A stretch of DNA of 20,000 nt. Origin: an uncultured virus (IMG/VR IMGVR_UViG_3300034092_002689). Lineage: Duplodnaviria > Heunggongvirae > Uroviricota > Caudoviricetes. The DNA lies in the IMG/VR virus record IMGVR_UViG_3300034092_002689; one strand, given 5' to 3'. The notes beneath the pieces are model-generated. The model was not told the origin of the DNA. It was given only the letters and a program-made list of their open reading frames with translations, and did not search any database. Below, in pieces: positions 1-8,692 of this stretch; positions within the stretch are counted from its first letter, which is position 1, and the number at the start of each line of letters is the position of its first letter. The position numbers and the translations under genes are program-made.

Positions 1-2
1 TG

Positions 3-365
3 TCTGCGCTCAGTATAAAAGAACCCACACAAGAGCTTACTCTTAGTCAGACACAAGCATACGATTGCTTCAGCTATGATATAAACTGTACTCGCTTTGA
101 TTTCCTGCGAGATCAAAGGGTAAGTACAAGAGTGGGCGATGGATTGTATATGTTTACCATTATCTCTCATGATCCAAATGGCTCCGCACCATTTGCCGAA
201 TTTCCAGAACAAACTAAAACCTTTCTCTTTATTGCACTAGAATCAGGTAACATTATTGCCTATCCAAATAATTATGTTCATTGGACGGTAGATTCATTAT
301 ACGAGAAACCAAATGATTATCCTAAGTACAAGCGTATTTCGGAAACCTATAGGAGTGAGACATGA
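3..365 (+). CDS. Hypothetical phage protein, 5'-truncated by the window
   Basis: The frame of ORF 132..365 stays open back to base 3 (SALSIKEPTQELTLSQTQAYDCFSYDINCTRFDFLRDQRVSTRVGDGLYMFT...), so GTG 132 is internal. Its stop overlaps the next ATG (ATGA). Confidence 0.75.
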   Translation, partial: SALSIKEPTQELTLSQTQAYDCFSYDINCTRFDFLRDQRVSTRVGDGLYMFTIISHDPNGSAPFAEFPEQTKTFLFIALESGNIIAYPNNYVHWTVDSLYEKPNDYPKYKRISETYRSET

Positions 366-592
366 AGTTTGATTGCATAAAGAAACTTGCTGATAAACAA
401 TATGATGCTGCAGATTGGAATAATGTGTTTAGTGATTGGGCAAAAGAGTCCAATGATTATTTAAAGATAGATTATGAATGGTTCCATTCGTGCTTAACCG
501 AGGCATACAAGTTCGGATTTGAAGACGGATACCTTACCGCTAAGGATTGCCCTCAAGATGAATTTGGTAACTTTATTGAGGATGAAGAATGA
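362..592 (+). CDS. Hypothetical acidic phage protein, 76 aa
   Basis: AGGAG SD upstream; ATGA overlaps at both ends. Confidence 0.75.
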   Translation: MKFDCIKKLADKQYDAADWNNVFSDWAKESNDYLKIDYEWFHSCLTEAYKFGFEDGYLTAKDCPQDEFGNFIEDEE

Positions 593-891
593 AAATACAT
601 AAGTGGAAAAAGACCTTTAGTGATCCCATTAAATTGCTCCGAGGAGTAGGTGCTGTAGCGGATAGGCAATCTTTTCCTGATTGTGTCTATGTTTCACCCA
701 AGAGATATAAAGAAATTAAAAAAATCGTTTACAACGAATGCAAAAAAGAAAACCCTTCTGCAACAAAAGCTAAAATAATGTATTCTGCGGAATTGTTTTT
801 ATTGAATTATGGACCATGTGAATTACATGGATTACCTGATCAATTAGTTTTGGTGAATGTTAAAGGCATTCAAGACAACATCAATAGATAG
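589..891 (+). CDS. Hypothetical protein, 100 aa
   Basis: ATGA overlap with the upstream gene; GAGGA upstream; followed by a promoter-containing gap. Confidence 0.7.
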   Translation: MKIHKWKKTFSDPIKLLRGVGAVADRQSFPDCVYVSPKRYKEIKKIVYNECKKENPSATKAKIMYSAELFLLNYGPCELHGLPDQLVLVNVKGIQDNINR

Positions 892-899
892 TTTATAGT

Positions 900-928
900 T
901 TGACAATTGATATAAACCAAAATAATAT
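900..928 (+). promoter_or_regulatory. Sigma70-type promoter
   Basis: TTGACA (900-905), 17 bp spacer, TAATAT (923-928), upstream of a GGAGGGG SD. Confidence 0.7.
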
Positions 929-946
929 ATGATTAACGGAGGGGAT

Positions 947-1150
947 ATGAATAAGAAAACAGCTAAACCTACCTGTGTATTTCCGATTAAGAAAGACGGT
1001 AAGATCTACCGTTACATGGTGCGTACCATTATTAACCGTGAATCATTTTATATCGGTTGCTTTAAAACTGAACAATTAGCGACCGAAGCATATCAACGCT
1101 TCACTGAAACAAAAGCGTATAAAGATGCTGTGGCAAGGGGAAGATATTAA
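947..1150 (+). CDS. AP2-domain-like small DNA-binding protein
   Basis: RYMVRTIINRESFYIGCFKTEQLATEAY fits the AP2 pattern (A.I..NG...YLG.F.T...AA.AY). Start moved to ATG 947, which follows GGAGGGG. Confidence 0.6.
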   Translation: MNKKTAKPTCVFPIKKDGKIYRYMVRTIINRESFYIGCFKTEQLATEAYQRFTETKAYKDAVARGRY

Positions 1151-1389
1151 TGAAGATACTATTGCCCCTGCTTGTTCTCTTCGGTTGTGGGGGAACAGTA
1201 GGAGATACATCATTTAAATATCAGGTGGGTGATTTAGTGCATGTCCGTGTCGATCAACATAAAGATTGTCGTGGATATGTAACTGCATATTTCACTACCG
1301 GCGTTAATCATTACAAAATAACCGGTATAATTTGTAATGGTAAAAAGTTTTATGATTTGTGGGTGCCAGAGCATGACATCTCAAGATAA
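1150..1389 (+). CDS. Small predicted lipoprotein with an SH3/KOW-like beta domain
   Basis: MKILLPLLVLFG|C gives a basic N-terminus, hydrophobic core and lipobox; FKYQVGDLVHV is a typical KOW/SH3-like start. Confidence 0.65.
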   Translation: MKILLPLLVLFGCGGTVGDTSFKYQVGDLVHVRVDQHKDCRGYVTAYFTTGVNHYKITGIICNGKKFYDLWVPEHDISR

Positions 1390-1591
1390 ATATGACAAGT
1401 GCCTATCTTTGTTAGCGGAAATGCATGATATCATTCATATCATCATTGAGACCGGAGTAGATGATGGCTTAACCGCCATGCAACTCATAGAAGAATCAAT
1501 AACGCTGATAAAGACAATGGAGAATGAAAATGTGGCGTACTATCCGCCACTGACTGACAAAGAGAAAAAAGACAAAAAGATAGTACATTAA
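1373..1591 (+). CDS. Hypothetical helical protein, about 72 aa
   Basis: Likely start is ATG 1373 (after GGGTG), which shortens the overlap with the upstream gene. Confidence 0.6.
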   Translation: MTSQDKYDKCLSLLAEMHDIIHIIIETGVDDGLTAMQLIEESITLIKTMENENVAYYPPLTDKEKKDKKIVH

Positions 1592-1613
1592 TTGTTAAAT
1601 ACGGGGGATACAA

Positions 1614-1886
1614 ATGACACGCATCAGATACAAAAAAGACGGCACAAAGTTAATTTCAGTAAAACCTATCATCTGCAATAATACTGCAGCCAACATCATC
1701 ATTCATTTAGATAAGATGAAATACCAAATCATTAATTTAGTTAATGAGCAAGTCATTGCTGAAGGTACCGCTCAGAGTCCTTACTTGTTGAAGCGTGACG
1801 CTAAGAATCTAGCCAAAACACTTGGTGCAAATTTCCTTGATGAAATCAGAAAGCCGGAAAGAAAGTTTGTCCTGAGTGAAGCATGA
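1614..1886 (+). CDS. Hypothetical protein, 90 aa
   Basis: GGGGG SD a few bases before ATG; fills the gene array. Confidence 0.75.
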   Translation: MTRIRYKKDGTKLISVKPIICNNTAANIIIHLDKMKYQIINLVNEQVIAEGTAQSPYLLKRDAKNLAKTLGANFLDEIRKPERKFVLSEA

Positions 1887-2136
1887 CATTCGGGAATGGA
1901 TAATTGTTAATATCGACCATCTAAAAGATTTGATAGAACCTCTTAAAAAGAGAAAATTATCAGAGTTTTCCTGTAACGATGTTGTTTTCCATGACGATAT
2001 TGAAAAGGAATATAGATCATTAGCTCGGGCGATAATCTGTATCGAGATATCAAAGTCTCTTGCTTGCAGTACAGAGAGTATTTACGATAGTATTGAGGAT
2101 ACTGAGTGGGAGGAATTGTGGACAAAGATATTTTAA
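1876..2136 (+). CDS. Hypothetical protein, 86 aa
   Basis: GTG start overlapping the upstream gene; fills the array; SD is weak. Confidence 0.6.
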   Translation: MKHDIREWIIVNIDHLKDLIEPLKKRKLSEFSCNDVVFHDDIEKEYRSLARAIICIEISKSLACSTESIYDSIEDTEWEELWTKIF

Positions 2137-2372
2137 TCGCTCGAGTTAATGCTCATGTTGATTATCTTTACCCAAGAATTGTGGATGAAGAGAAACGATC
2201 TGACTTCTACCGAACAATACAGAATTTAATTAATGATGAAATTCCACTACCTACAAGTAAAACTGGTGGTGTAGAAATGGCGATTGACATCTTTTTAGAG
2301 ATTTTGCACTATCATAAAAGAAGGTTTGTAGATGGAAGACATCGAGCAAACTTTTATTTAGAGAAAATCTAA
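2118..2372 (+). CDS. Hypothetical protein, about 84 aa
   Basis: GTG 2118 follows GGGAGG (2108-2113). Confidence 0.65.
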   Translation: MDKDILIARVNAHVDYLYPRIVDEEKRSDFYRTIQNLINDEIPLPTSKTGGVEMAIDIFLEILHYHKRRFVDGRHRANFYLEKI

Positions 2373-2388
2373 GTAAGAAAGGGGAGTT

Positions 2389-2658
2389 ATGGGGATCAGA
2401 ACAAACCTGCTTGTCAGCCTCGACGAGGACACGGTTAGCGGGGACACATCCGTTATAAATTTTAAAACAACAGATGCAGGAAACATTATTGTTGAATGCT
2501 CTGTACCCAAAGTCGCCATCAAACTAAATGATTTGGAAGAAGCGATAAAAGAATTGCGTAGTTTTTTTATCACACAAAAGCATATTGATGTTGTGGTCAA
2601 TAGCTCACAAGTGGTTGATAACGCTCAACTTAATTTCGAATATGGGGCAGTAGAATAA
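2389..2658 (+). CDS. Hypothetical protein, 89 aa
   Basis: AGGGGAG SD directly upstream of ATG. Confidence 0.7.
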   Translation: MGIRTNLLVSLDEDTVSGDTSVINFKTTDAGNIIVECSVPKVAIKLNDLEEAIKELRSFFITQKHIDVVVNSSQVVDNAQLNFEYGAVE

Positions 2659-2708
2659 ATATTGAAACTCACCTTTATCTTAACAACTTATGCTACTGAG
2701 GGGACAAC

Positions 2709-5651
2709 ATGAATAAGATAGAAACTCCGTGGGGAGAAACCGGTTACATTACATATAAGCGCACTTATGCTCGTCGCTTAAAAGATATCGGTGAAGAAAC
2801 AGAAGAATTTAAAGACACCGTAGAGCGAGTTATTCGTGCTTGTGATAAACAACTTAAAGTAGGCTTTAGCTCGGAGGAAGAGAATAGGCTGAGAGAAATC
2901 CTCCTGTCTTTGAAGGGGATTGTTGCAGGAAGATTCTTGTGGCAATTGGGGACAAAGACTGTGGACTCTCTCGGCCTTGCATCTTTGCAAAACTGTGCTG
3001 TAACGCTTGTAAACGAGCCTGTACGCCCTTTTACTTGGGCAATGGATATGCTTATGCTTGGCTCCGGCGTAGGCTACAATATCCAGCGTGAGTATGTCTA
3101 TGAACTCCCTAAAGCTAAAAGGGTTAAGATCATTAGGCAGGACACCAAGGATGCCGATTTCATTGTGCCCGATACACGGGCCGGATGGGTGGAGCTTTTG
3201 GAGCGAACACTTCAAGCTCATTTCTATACGGGCAAAGGCTTCACCTATTCCACTGTTTGCATTCGTGGCAAAGGAACACCAATAAAAGGGTTTGGGGGGA
3301 TAGCATCGGGGCCAGAGGAACTCTGTTGGGGGATAGAGAATATCTCTAAGGTAATCAACAATCGAGGCGGTAAAAAGCTTCGTCCGATTGATTGCCTTGA
3401 CATTATGAACATCATCGGCTTTATCGTTGTAGCGGGTAATGTTCGTAGGTCGGCTCAGATTGCTATCGGGGATATGGATGATCTCCAATATCTCAATGCG
3501 AAGCGTTGGGACTTAGGTAACATCCCTAACTGGCGAGCCATGTCTAATAACTCCATTGTATGTAATGACATTAATCTTCTGCCTGAACAATTCTGGCAAG
3601 GATACAATGGTAACGGCGAGCCGTATGGCATGATCAATCTTAACCTCGCTCGGAGCATGGGACGCATTGGCGAAACTCAATACCCCGATCCCGATGTTAT
3701 TGGATTTAACCCATGCTTTAGTCCAGAAACTTTAATTACCACCGATCAAGGCTTGTACCCGATTGAAGATTTAGTAGGTAAGAATGTAAAAGTTTTATCG
3801 AATAATAAATGGGTAGAAATCTCTAACTTTAGAATTACAGGGAAAGATCAACGCATTCTTAAACTAGTAATGCAAGATGGTTCTGAACTTAGAGTGACTC
3901 CTTATCATTCAATGATACTTTCTGATGGTACTCGAATGGAAGCTCAGTTTATTAAACCGGGAGATAGCCTTCTTCTCTCCGAATATGTTTCGCATGGTGA
4001 AATAAAAGCAAAGGGCGCATATATTAAAGGATTTCTTTGCGGCGATGGTAATATCACCGCCGAAGATAGACCTACATTATATTTGTACCCTCCAAAATTT
4101 TCATGCAAAGATAGATTAGTATCCTCCGCTCGAGAAATTGAGAATGGAGCAGTAAACACGAATGCGTATTCTGATCTTGGATTTGTGGAACAAGTCAGCA
4201 AAGGTAAGATGCGCAATGCCATGACTGGTCTTACGCCAAAGAAAGACGAACTTAAAGATTGGTGTTCCATTAACAAGCAAAGGCTTCCAAAAGAAGTATT
4301 CGCTTGGAACAAGGAAAGCAAGGAACAGTTTATTGCTGGTTTGTTTGATGCAGATGGTACAGCATCCGATACAAAAAATGGATATATGTATCAATTAAGC
4401 TCCACACATAAGCAATTTCTTCTTGATGTCCAAACTCTCCTTAAAACTATCGGAGTATATTCTAAATTGTCTTCGATGCACGAAAGCGGCAGTAGAAATT
4501 TTAATGATGGATATGGAGAATATGAATGTAAAGAATCTTGGAGACTTACTGTTTCCCAAGAATCGGCTATTGTTCTTTCTTCTTCTGTAAAGTTTAGTCG
4601 ATTATCCACTTTTGAAAATAAAACCACCACATACAAAATTAAATCGAAAAGAAATAAAGTGGTGGAGATTTATGAAGATGGAAAAGAAGAACTTGTATAT
4701 TGCTGCACTGTCCCTGAAACCCATAGTCTTACTATCGGTATAGGATTAGAAGTGGGACAGTGTGCCGAGCAATCCCTTGCTGATAAAGAAACTTGCTGTC
4801 TTGCTGAAATCTATCTTCCTAACATTTCTTCTAAAGAAGAACTCCTTGAAGTAGCAAAATATCTTTATCGCATAAATAAGCATTCTCTTGCATTGCCTTG
4901 TCATCATCCTGAGACTCAGGCCATTGTGCATAAGAATATGCGAATGGGTATTGGTATCACTGGATATCTTCAATCATCTCCCGAACAGCGTGGGTGGCTA
5001 TCTGACACTTACACTCAACTTCGTGAGTTCGATAAGGAGTATTCGGCTAAACATAACTGGCCTACATCAGTGAAGCTCACCACGGTGAAGCCTAGCGGCA
5101 CATTGAGCTTGCTCGCAGGTGTTACGCCGGGAGTGCATCCCGGATATTCTCAATATTTCATTCGTCGTATACGCATGGCATCAAATTCTAATCTTGTTAA
5201 TTTGTGTCGTGAAAACGGATACCATGTTGAATATCAAAGGAATTTTGATGGATCGGAAGATAAGAACACCGTGGTCGTATCTTTCCCTTGCAAATATCCA
5301 GATGGCACTGTAGTAGCTAAGGATGTTACTGCGATTGATCAGATGAATTTTGTAAAAGAGTTACAAAAAAATTGGTCTGATAATGCGGTATCGTGTACGG
5401 TTTATTACAAGAAAGAAGAGTTGCCTGTTATCAAGGAATGGTTAAAGAATAACTATAACAGCAATGTTAAAACTGTTAGCTTTCTTCTTCATAGTGATCA
5501 CGGATTTGATCAAGCTCCTTACGAAGAAATTACGAAGGAAAAATATGAAGAACTTGTTGCTAAAACAAAACCGATCACTGCAGTAGAAGTAAAAGAAAGT
5601 GATTTGTTGGATAGCACTGAATGTCTCACGGGGGCTTGTCCTGTCAAATGA
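2709..5651 (+). CDS. nrdJ: Class II (adenosylcobalamin-dependent, monomeric RTPR-type) ribonucleotide reductase containing an intein; 631 aa after splicing
   Basis: Motifs YKRTYAR, GRFLW, LQNC, VAGNVRRSA, NP|CAE (split by the intein), TTVKPSGT and a C-terminal redox pair CLTGACPVK. No small (beta) subunit gene is adjacent. Confidence 0.93.
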   Translation: MNKIETPWGETGYITYKRTYARRLKDIGEETEEFKDTVERVIRACDKQLKVGFSSEEENRLREILLSLKGIVAGRFLWQLGTKTVDSLGLASLQNCAVTLVNEPVRPFTWAMDMLMLGSGVGYNIQREYVYELPKAKRVKIIRQDTKDADFIVPDTRAGWVELLERTLQAHFYTGKGFTYSTVCIRGKGTPIKGFGGIASGPEELCWGIENISKVINNRGGKKLRPIDCLDIMNIIGFIVVAGNVRRSAQIAIGDMDDLQYLNAKRWDLGNIPNWRAMSNNSIVCNDINLLPEQFWQGYNGNGEPYGMINLNLARSMGRIGETQYPDPDVIGFNPCFSPETLITTDQGLYPIEDLVGKNVKVLSNNKWVEISNFRITGKDQRILKLVMQDGSELRVTPYHSMILSDGTRMEAQFIKPGDSLLLSEYVSHGEIKAKGAYIKGFLCGDGNITAEDRPTLYLYPPKFSCKDRLVSSAREIENGAVNTNAYSDLGFVEQVSKGKMRNAMTGLTPKKDELKDWCSINKQRLPKEVFAWNKESKEQFIAGLFDADGTASDTKNGYMYQLSSTHKQFLLDVQTLLKTIGVYSKLSSMHESGSRNFNDGYGEYECKESWRLTVSQESAIVLSSSVKFSRLSTFENKTTTYKIKSKRNKVVEIYEDGKEELVYCCTVPETHSLTIGIGLEVGQCAEQSLADKETCCLAEIYLPNISSKEELLEVAKYLYRINKHSLALPCHHPETQAIVHKNMRMGIGITGYLQSSPEQRGWLSDTYTQLREFDKEYSAKHNWPTSVKLTTVKPSGTLSLLAGVTPGVHPGYSQYFIRRIRMASNSNLVNLCRENGYHVEYQRNFDGSEDKNTVVVSFPCKYPDGTVVAKDVTAIDQMNFVKELQKNWSDNAVSCTVYYKKEELPVIKEWLKNNYNSNVKTVSFLLHSDHGFDQAPYEEITKEKYEELVAKTKPITAVEVKESDLLDSTECLTGACPVK
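3714..4760 (+). mobile_element. Intein with LAGLIDADG homing endonuclease, 349 aa (residues 336-684 of NrdJ)
   Basis: Block A CFSPETLI; block B LRVTPYH; LAGLIDADG motifs YIKGFLCGDG and FIAGLFDADG; block F VYCCTVPETHSL; ends VGQ followed by extein Cys. Removing it restores GFNPCAEQ. Confidence 0.95.
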
Positions 5652-5672
5652 ATGACTGACAAGTTGGGGATG

Positions 5673-5705
5673 AGGGGTGGTAGCGAAAGTTATCACCCCT
5701 TTTTT
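5673..5705 (+). terminator. Rho-independent terminator after nrdJ
   Basis: AGGGGTGGTAGC-GAAA-GTTATCACCCCT forms a 12-bp stem (2 G:U) with a GNRA tetraloop, followed by TTTTT. Confidence 0.9.
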
Positions 5706-5706
5706 A

Positions 5707-5735
5707 TTTACAACTATATACATTTATAGTATGAT
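5707..5735 (+). promoter_or_regulatory. Sigma70-type promoter
   Basis: TTTACA (5707-5712), 17 bp spacer, TATGAT (5730-5735), immediately after the terminator. Confidence 0.75.
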
Positions 5736-5753
5736 TAATAAGGGGGATGGAAT

Positions 5754-5921
5754 TTGGTGGAACCGCTTCTTCTTTGGATCTGCAACCTATTGTTTAAACC
5801 TTTTCGTTCTTTTCGTATTGAATTAAATAGAAGTCTCGAAAAATTAGAGGCAAAAATTCTTAGAAAATATTTTCAATACCAATTGTTGAAAAAACACCGA
5901 TCAACGGGGAGGATCGAATGA
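5754..5921 (+). CDS. Small hypothetical protein, 55 aa, absent from the ORF track
   Basis: GGGGG SD (5742-5746), TTG 5754, MVEPLLLWICNLLFKPFRSFRIELNRSLEKLEAKILRKYFQYQLLKKHRSTGRIE. Its TGA overlaps the protease ATG (ATGA). Confidence 0.6.
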   Translation: MVEPLLLWICNLLFKPFRSFRIELNRSLEKLEAKILRKYFQYQLLKKHRSTGRIE

Positions 5922-6826
5922 ATAAAAAAGTCCTATCATTAGGATTATTATCAGTGGTTTTAGCAATGGCAGTAAAGCTCATGATGAGCGACACTATCAA
6001 GCCCACAAAAAATTCTCAATACGCTAGTACAAGTGTCATGATTACTCGATATGATGGTCGATCCGGTGGAACAGGCGTAATTATTTCCTCCAAAAGAAAT
6101 GAATCCCAAATCTTAACTAACGCTCATGTATGCTCCATATTGACTAGCGGTGGGATCATTAGGTCAGATCGAGTAAAAGGTATCGTTAAGTCATATCAAG
6201 TAAGTCAAATACATGACCTTTGCCTAATCAGTACCAATACAAACTTTTTTGTTAATACAGTATTATCTAATCAACAACCCGAACCATATGATGATGCCAT
6301 TGTTTCCGGTCATCCTCATCTTCTACCTAACATCGTAACTCGGGGTCACTTTAGTCAGAAAGAAGTAGTTAAAGTTCTTATTGGATTTAGACCTTGCAAG
6401 ATTGAAGACATTACCGGAGGCGGCAATGCTGAGTATTGTCAATTCCTCGGTGTGATTCCCATCATCAAGTCTTTCGAGGCTCAAATTGTTTCCGCCACTA
6501 TTATGCCGGGATCATCTGGATCTGCAGTGTTTAATGAAGACGGAGAGATTGCAGGACTTGTATTCGCAGGTTCAGGAGAATTCGGTTACGGCATGATTGT
6601 TCCTCAAGAATATATTATCGGATTCTTTGATAGCGAAATTAAGAATCTGCCAGTCTCTTATCCAAATGGTATTGCGGATAATGCAGATCAAGAGATGAGC
6701 GTTGATTGGAAAAGTGTATGTAGCAAACCTGCTACCACCAAAATAAAAAATGTTTGCGAACTCGTATCAAAAAATCTTTTACTGAGACATAAGGGGAAAC
6801 AAGATGAAACGCTATCTAACATTTGA
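5918..6826 (+). CDS. Trypsin-like (S1/HtrA-type, no PDZ) serine protease with N-terminal signal or anchor
   Basis: Catalytic triad motifs LTNAHV, HDLCLI and PGSSGS, plus GGTGVII and GEIAGL; hydrophobic N-terminus. Confidence 0.9.
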   Translation: MNKKVLSLGLLSVVLAMAVKLMMSDTIKPTKNSQYASTSVMITRYDGRSGGTGVIISSKRNESQILTNAHVCSILTSGGIIRSDRVKGIVKSYQVSQIHDLCLISTNTNFFVNTVLSNQQPEPYDDAIVSGHPHLLPNIVTRGHFSQKEVVKVLIGFRPCKIEDITGGGNAEYCQFLGVIPIIKSFEAQIVSATIMPGSSGSAVFNEDGEIAGLVFAGSGEFGYGMIVPQEYIIGFFDSEIKNLPVSYPNGIADNADQEMSVDWKSVCSKPATTKIKNVCELVSKNLLLRHKGKQDETLSNI

Positions 6827-7829
6827 TGATGTACTTATCGTTCCTAAATTTAGCAATATCTCTACAAGAGAAAATTGTTACACGCACACTGATTTAGGAA
6901 AGACAGAAACTTCAGCTAGAGTATTAGAACTTCCTATTATCAGTGCAAACATGGATACCATCACAGGCACAAAAATGGCTAAAGCCATGTCTGAAAATGG
7001 ATGTATTGGCGCACTACATAGATTTTGTACCGTTGAAGAGAATGTACAAATGTTTCAGGCATACAAACATTGTTTTGTTTCCTTTGGAGCAAGCGATAAA
7101 GAAGTAGATAGAGCCATGGCTTTGTATGAAAGTGGAGCCTACAATTTCGTTTTAGATGTAGCTCATGGTGCATCTGTTAATGCTTTGAACGCTTATAACG
7201 AATTTAGAAAGAGAACAAAGTATGACAGCAATATCCATGTAATGGTGGGTAATTTTGCTACCGCAGAATCTATTCATCAATTTGCAGCACACACTGTCAT
7301 CCGTCCTGATTCTATTAAAGTGGGAATTGGTGGAGGCTCTATGTGTACCACTCGCATCGTCACCGGAGTTGGTATCCCTACATTGGGAAGCGTAATGGAT
7401 TGCGTTACCACTGGATATCATATCATTGCAGATGGTGGCATTCGCAATAGCGGAGATGTTGCTAAGTGTTTTATGGCGGGAGCAAAAGCCGTAATGATCG
7501 GCAGCATGCTCGCTGGTACAGATGAAACTCCGGGAAATGTAGAAATGTATAACGATACACCGCACAAGGTTTATCGTGGTTCGGCCTCAAAAGAATCCTA
7601 CGAAGTACAAAACAAAATAGCAAAGCATAGAACTGCTGAAGGGGTATCTACTTATGTCAGATGTAAGGGATCTATTGTTCCAATTTTGGATGAAATTCGT
7701 GCAGGTCTGCTTTCTTGTATGTCGTATGTTAATGCAAATACTCTGAGCGAACTTAGAAAAAATGGAGAGTTCATTGAGATCACAACAAATGGCATGAGGG
7801 AGTCTCATGCGCATGGTAAACGCTTATAA
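6804..7829 (+). CDS. IMP dehydrogenase/GMP reductase family protein without CBS domains; GMP reductase-like
   Basis: [38 protein letters not shown] (catalytic Cys), [29 protein letters not shown]. Confidence 0.92.
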   Translation: MKRYLTFDDVLIVPKFSNISTRENCYTHTDLGKTETSARVLELPIISANMDTITGTKMAKAMSENGCIGALHRFCTVEENVQMFQAYKHCFVSFGASDKEVDRAMALYESGAYNFVLDVAHGASVNALNAYNEFRKRTKYDSNIHVMVGNFATAESIHQFAAHTVIRPDSIKVGIGGGSMCTTRIVTGVGIPTLGSVMDCVTTGYHIIADGGIRNSGDVAKCFMAGAKAVMIGSMLAGTDETPGNVEMYNDTPHKVYRGSASKESYEVQNKIAKHRTAEGVSTYVRCKGSIVPILDEIRAGLLSCMSYVNANTLSELRKNGEFIEITTNGMRESHAHGKRL

Positions 7830-7870
7830 ATAAAGTCTATTTAAAAAATTAAATAAGGCAATGAAACCCC

Positions 7871-7899
7871 TTGATTAAATCATTTTGTATGAATATGAT
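7871..7899 (+). promoter_or_regulatory. Sigma70-type promoter
   Basis: TTGATT (7871-7876), 17 bp spacer, TATGAT (7894-7899), upstream of a GGGAGGGG SD. Confidence 0.65.
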
Positions 7900-7928
7900 A
7901 TCTATATTAACACGGGAGGGGTTCCGCC

Positions 7929-8186
7929 ATGAAAAAAGAAATAGAGATTATTATTAACAAGGCGTTAGACGGTGCAAGTCAAGGTATGAATGACATAGCC
8001 ATGAGAGAAATAAGAAAGGCTATTACCTTGGCACAGAAAGACGGATACGAACAAGCAATGGATGCTTTAAACGAAAGGTATCAAAGCTTGAAGTATGGAG
8101 ACTTTCCAAATCCGCCAAATTATCTTGAAGGATTTGAATCTGCCAAATATGTTCTCGAGTACAAGAAAAAAGAATACGGCAAATGA
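7929..8186 (+). CDS. Hypothetical protein, 85 aa
   Basis: Strong SD; ATGA overlap with the next gene. Confidence 0.75.
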   Translation: MKKEIEIIINKALDGASQGMNDIAMREIRKAITLAQKDGYEQAMDALNERYQSLKYGDFPNPPNYLEGFESAKYVLEYKKKEYGK

Positions 8187-8671
8187 TTGAAGTAACCATC
8201 ACCGATGAAATGATCCAAAACGCCAAAAGATTAGCAGATGATCTTGGAGTTTTAAATCATTCTATCCGTAATGGTTCTGGAAATCTTGCTGGATTTCTTG
8301 GAGAGGAATGCGTTTTATCTCATTTTAAAGAAGCAGTTCGAGATAACACATATCAACACGACATCTTGCTAAAAGGCAGTCGCATTGAAGTTAAAACCAA
8401 AGATAGAACCGTTCCCCCAAAGATAGATTACGAATGCTCTATTCCTTATAGTCTTTATCAACAAGCAGCGAACTTTTATTTTTTTGTATCGCTTCTTCGT
8501 AAAAACGAAACTTATGTAAAAGGATACTTGGTTGGCTACATGAGCAAACCAGAATTCTTTAAGAAGGCTACGCTATTTCGAAAAGGCGAAGTTGATCCTT
8601 CCAATAATTTTACAGTCAAAGCAGATTGTTGGAATTTGAAAATAAAAGATTTACATCAGTTCAAAACTTAG
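8183..8671 (+). CDS. PD-(D/E)XK restriction-endonuclease-like protein
   Basis: GFLGEE...HDILLKGSRIEVKTK matches the E...D...ExK active-site layout. Confidence 0.7.
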   Translation: MIEVTITDEMIQNAKRLADDLGVLNHSIRNGSGNLAGFLGEECVLSHFKEAVRDNTYQHDILLKGSRIEVKTKDRTVPPKIDYECSIPYSLYQQAANFYFFVSLLRKNETYVKGYLVGYMSKPEFFKKATLFRKGEVDPSNNFTVKADCWNLKIKDLHQFKT

Positions 8672-8692
8672 AGACAATAATAGAGAGGGAGT

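Noticed and set aside
2659..2708. Promoter or cobalamin riboswitch before nrdJ
   Set aside because: The gap is only 50 bp, too short for a B12 riboswitch, and TTGAAA to TATGCT spacing is 21 bp, not 17.
2778..3488. 236-aa minus-strand ORF
   Set aside because: It lies antisense to conserved nrdJ, has no recognisable motif, and is best explained as a shadow of codon usage.
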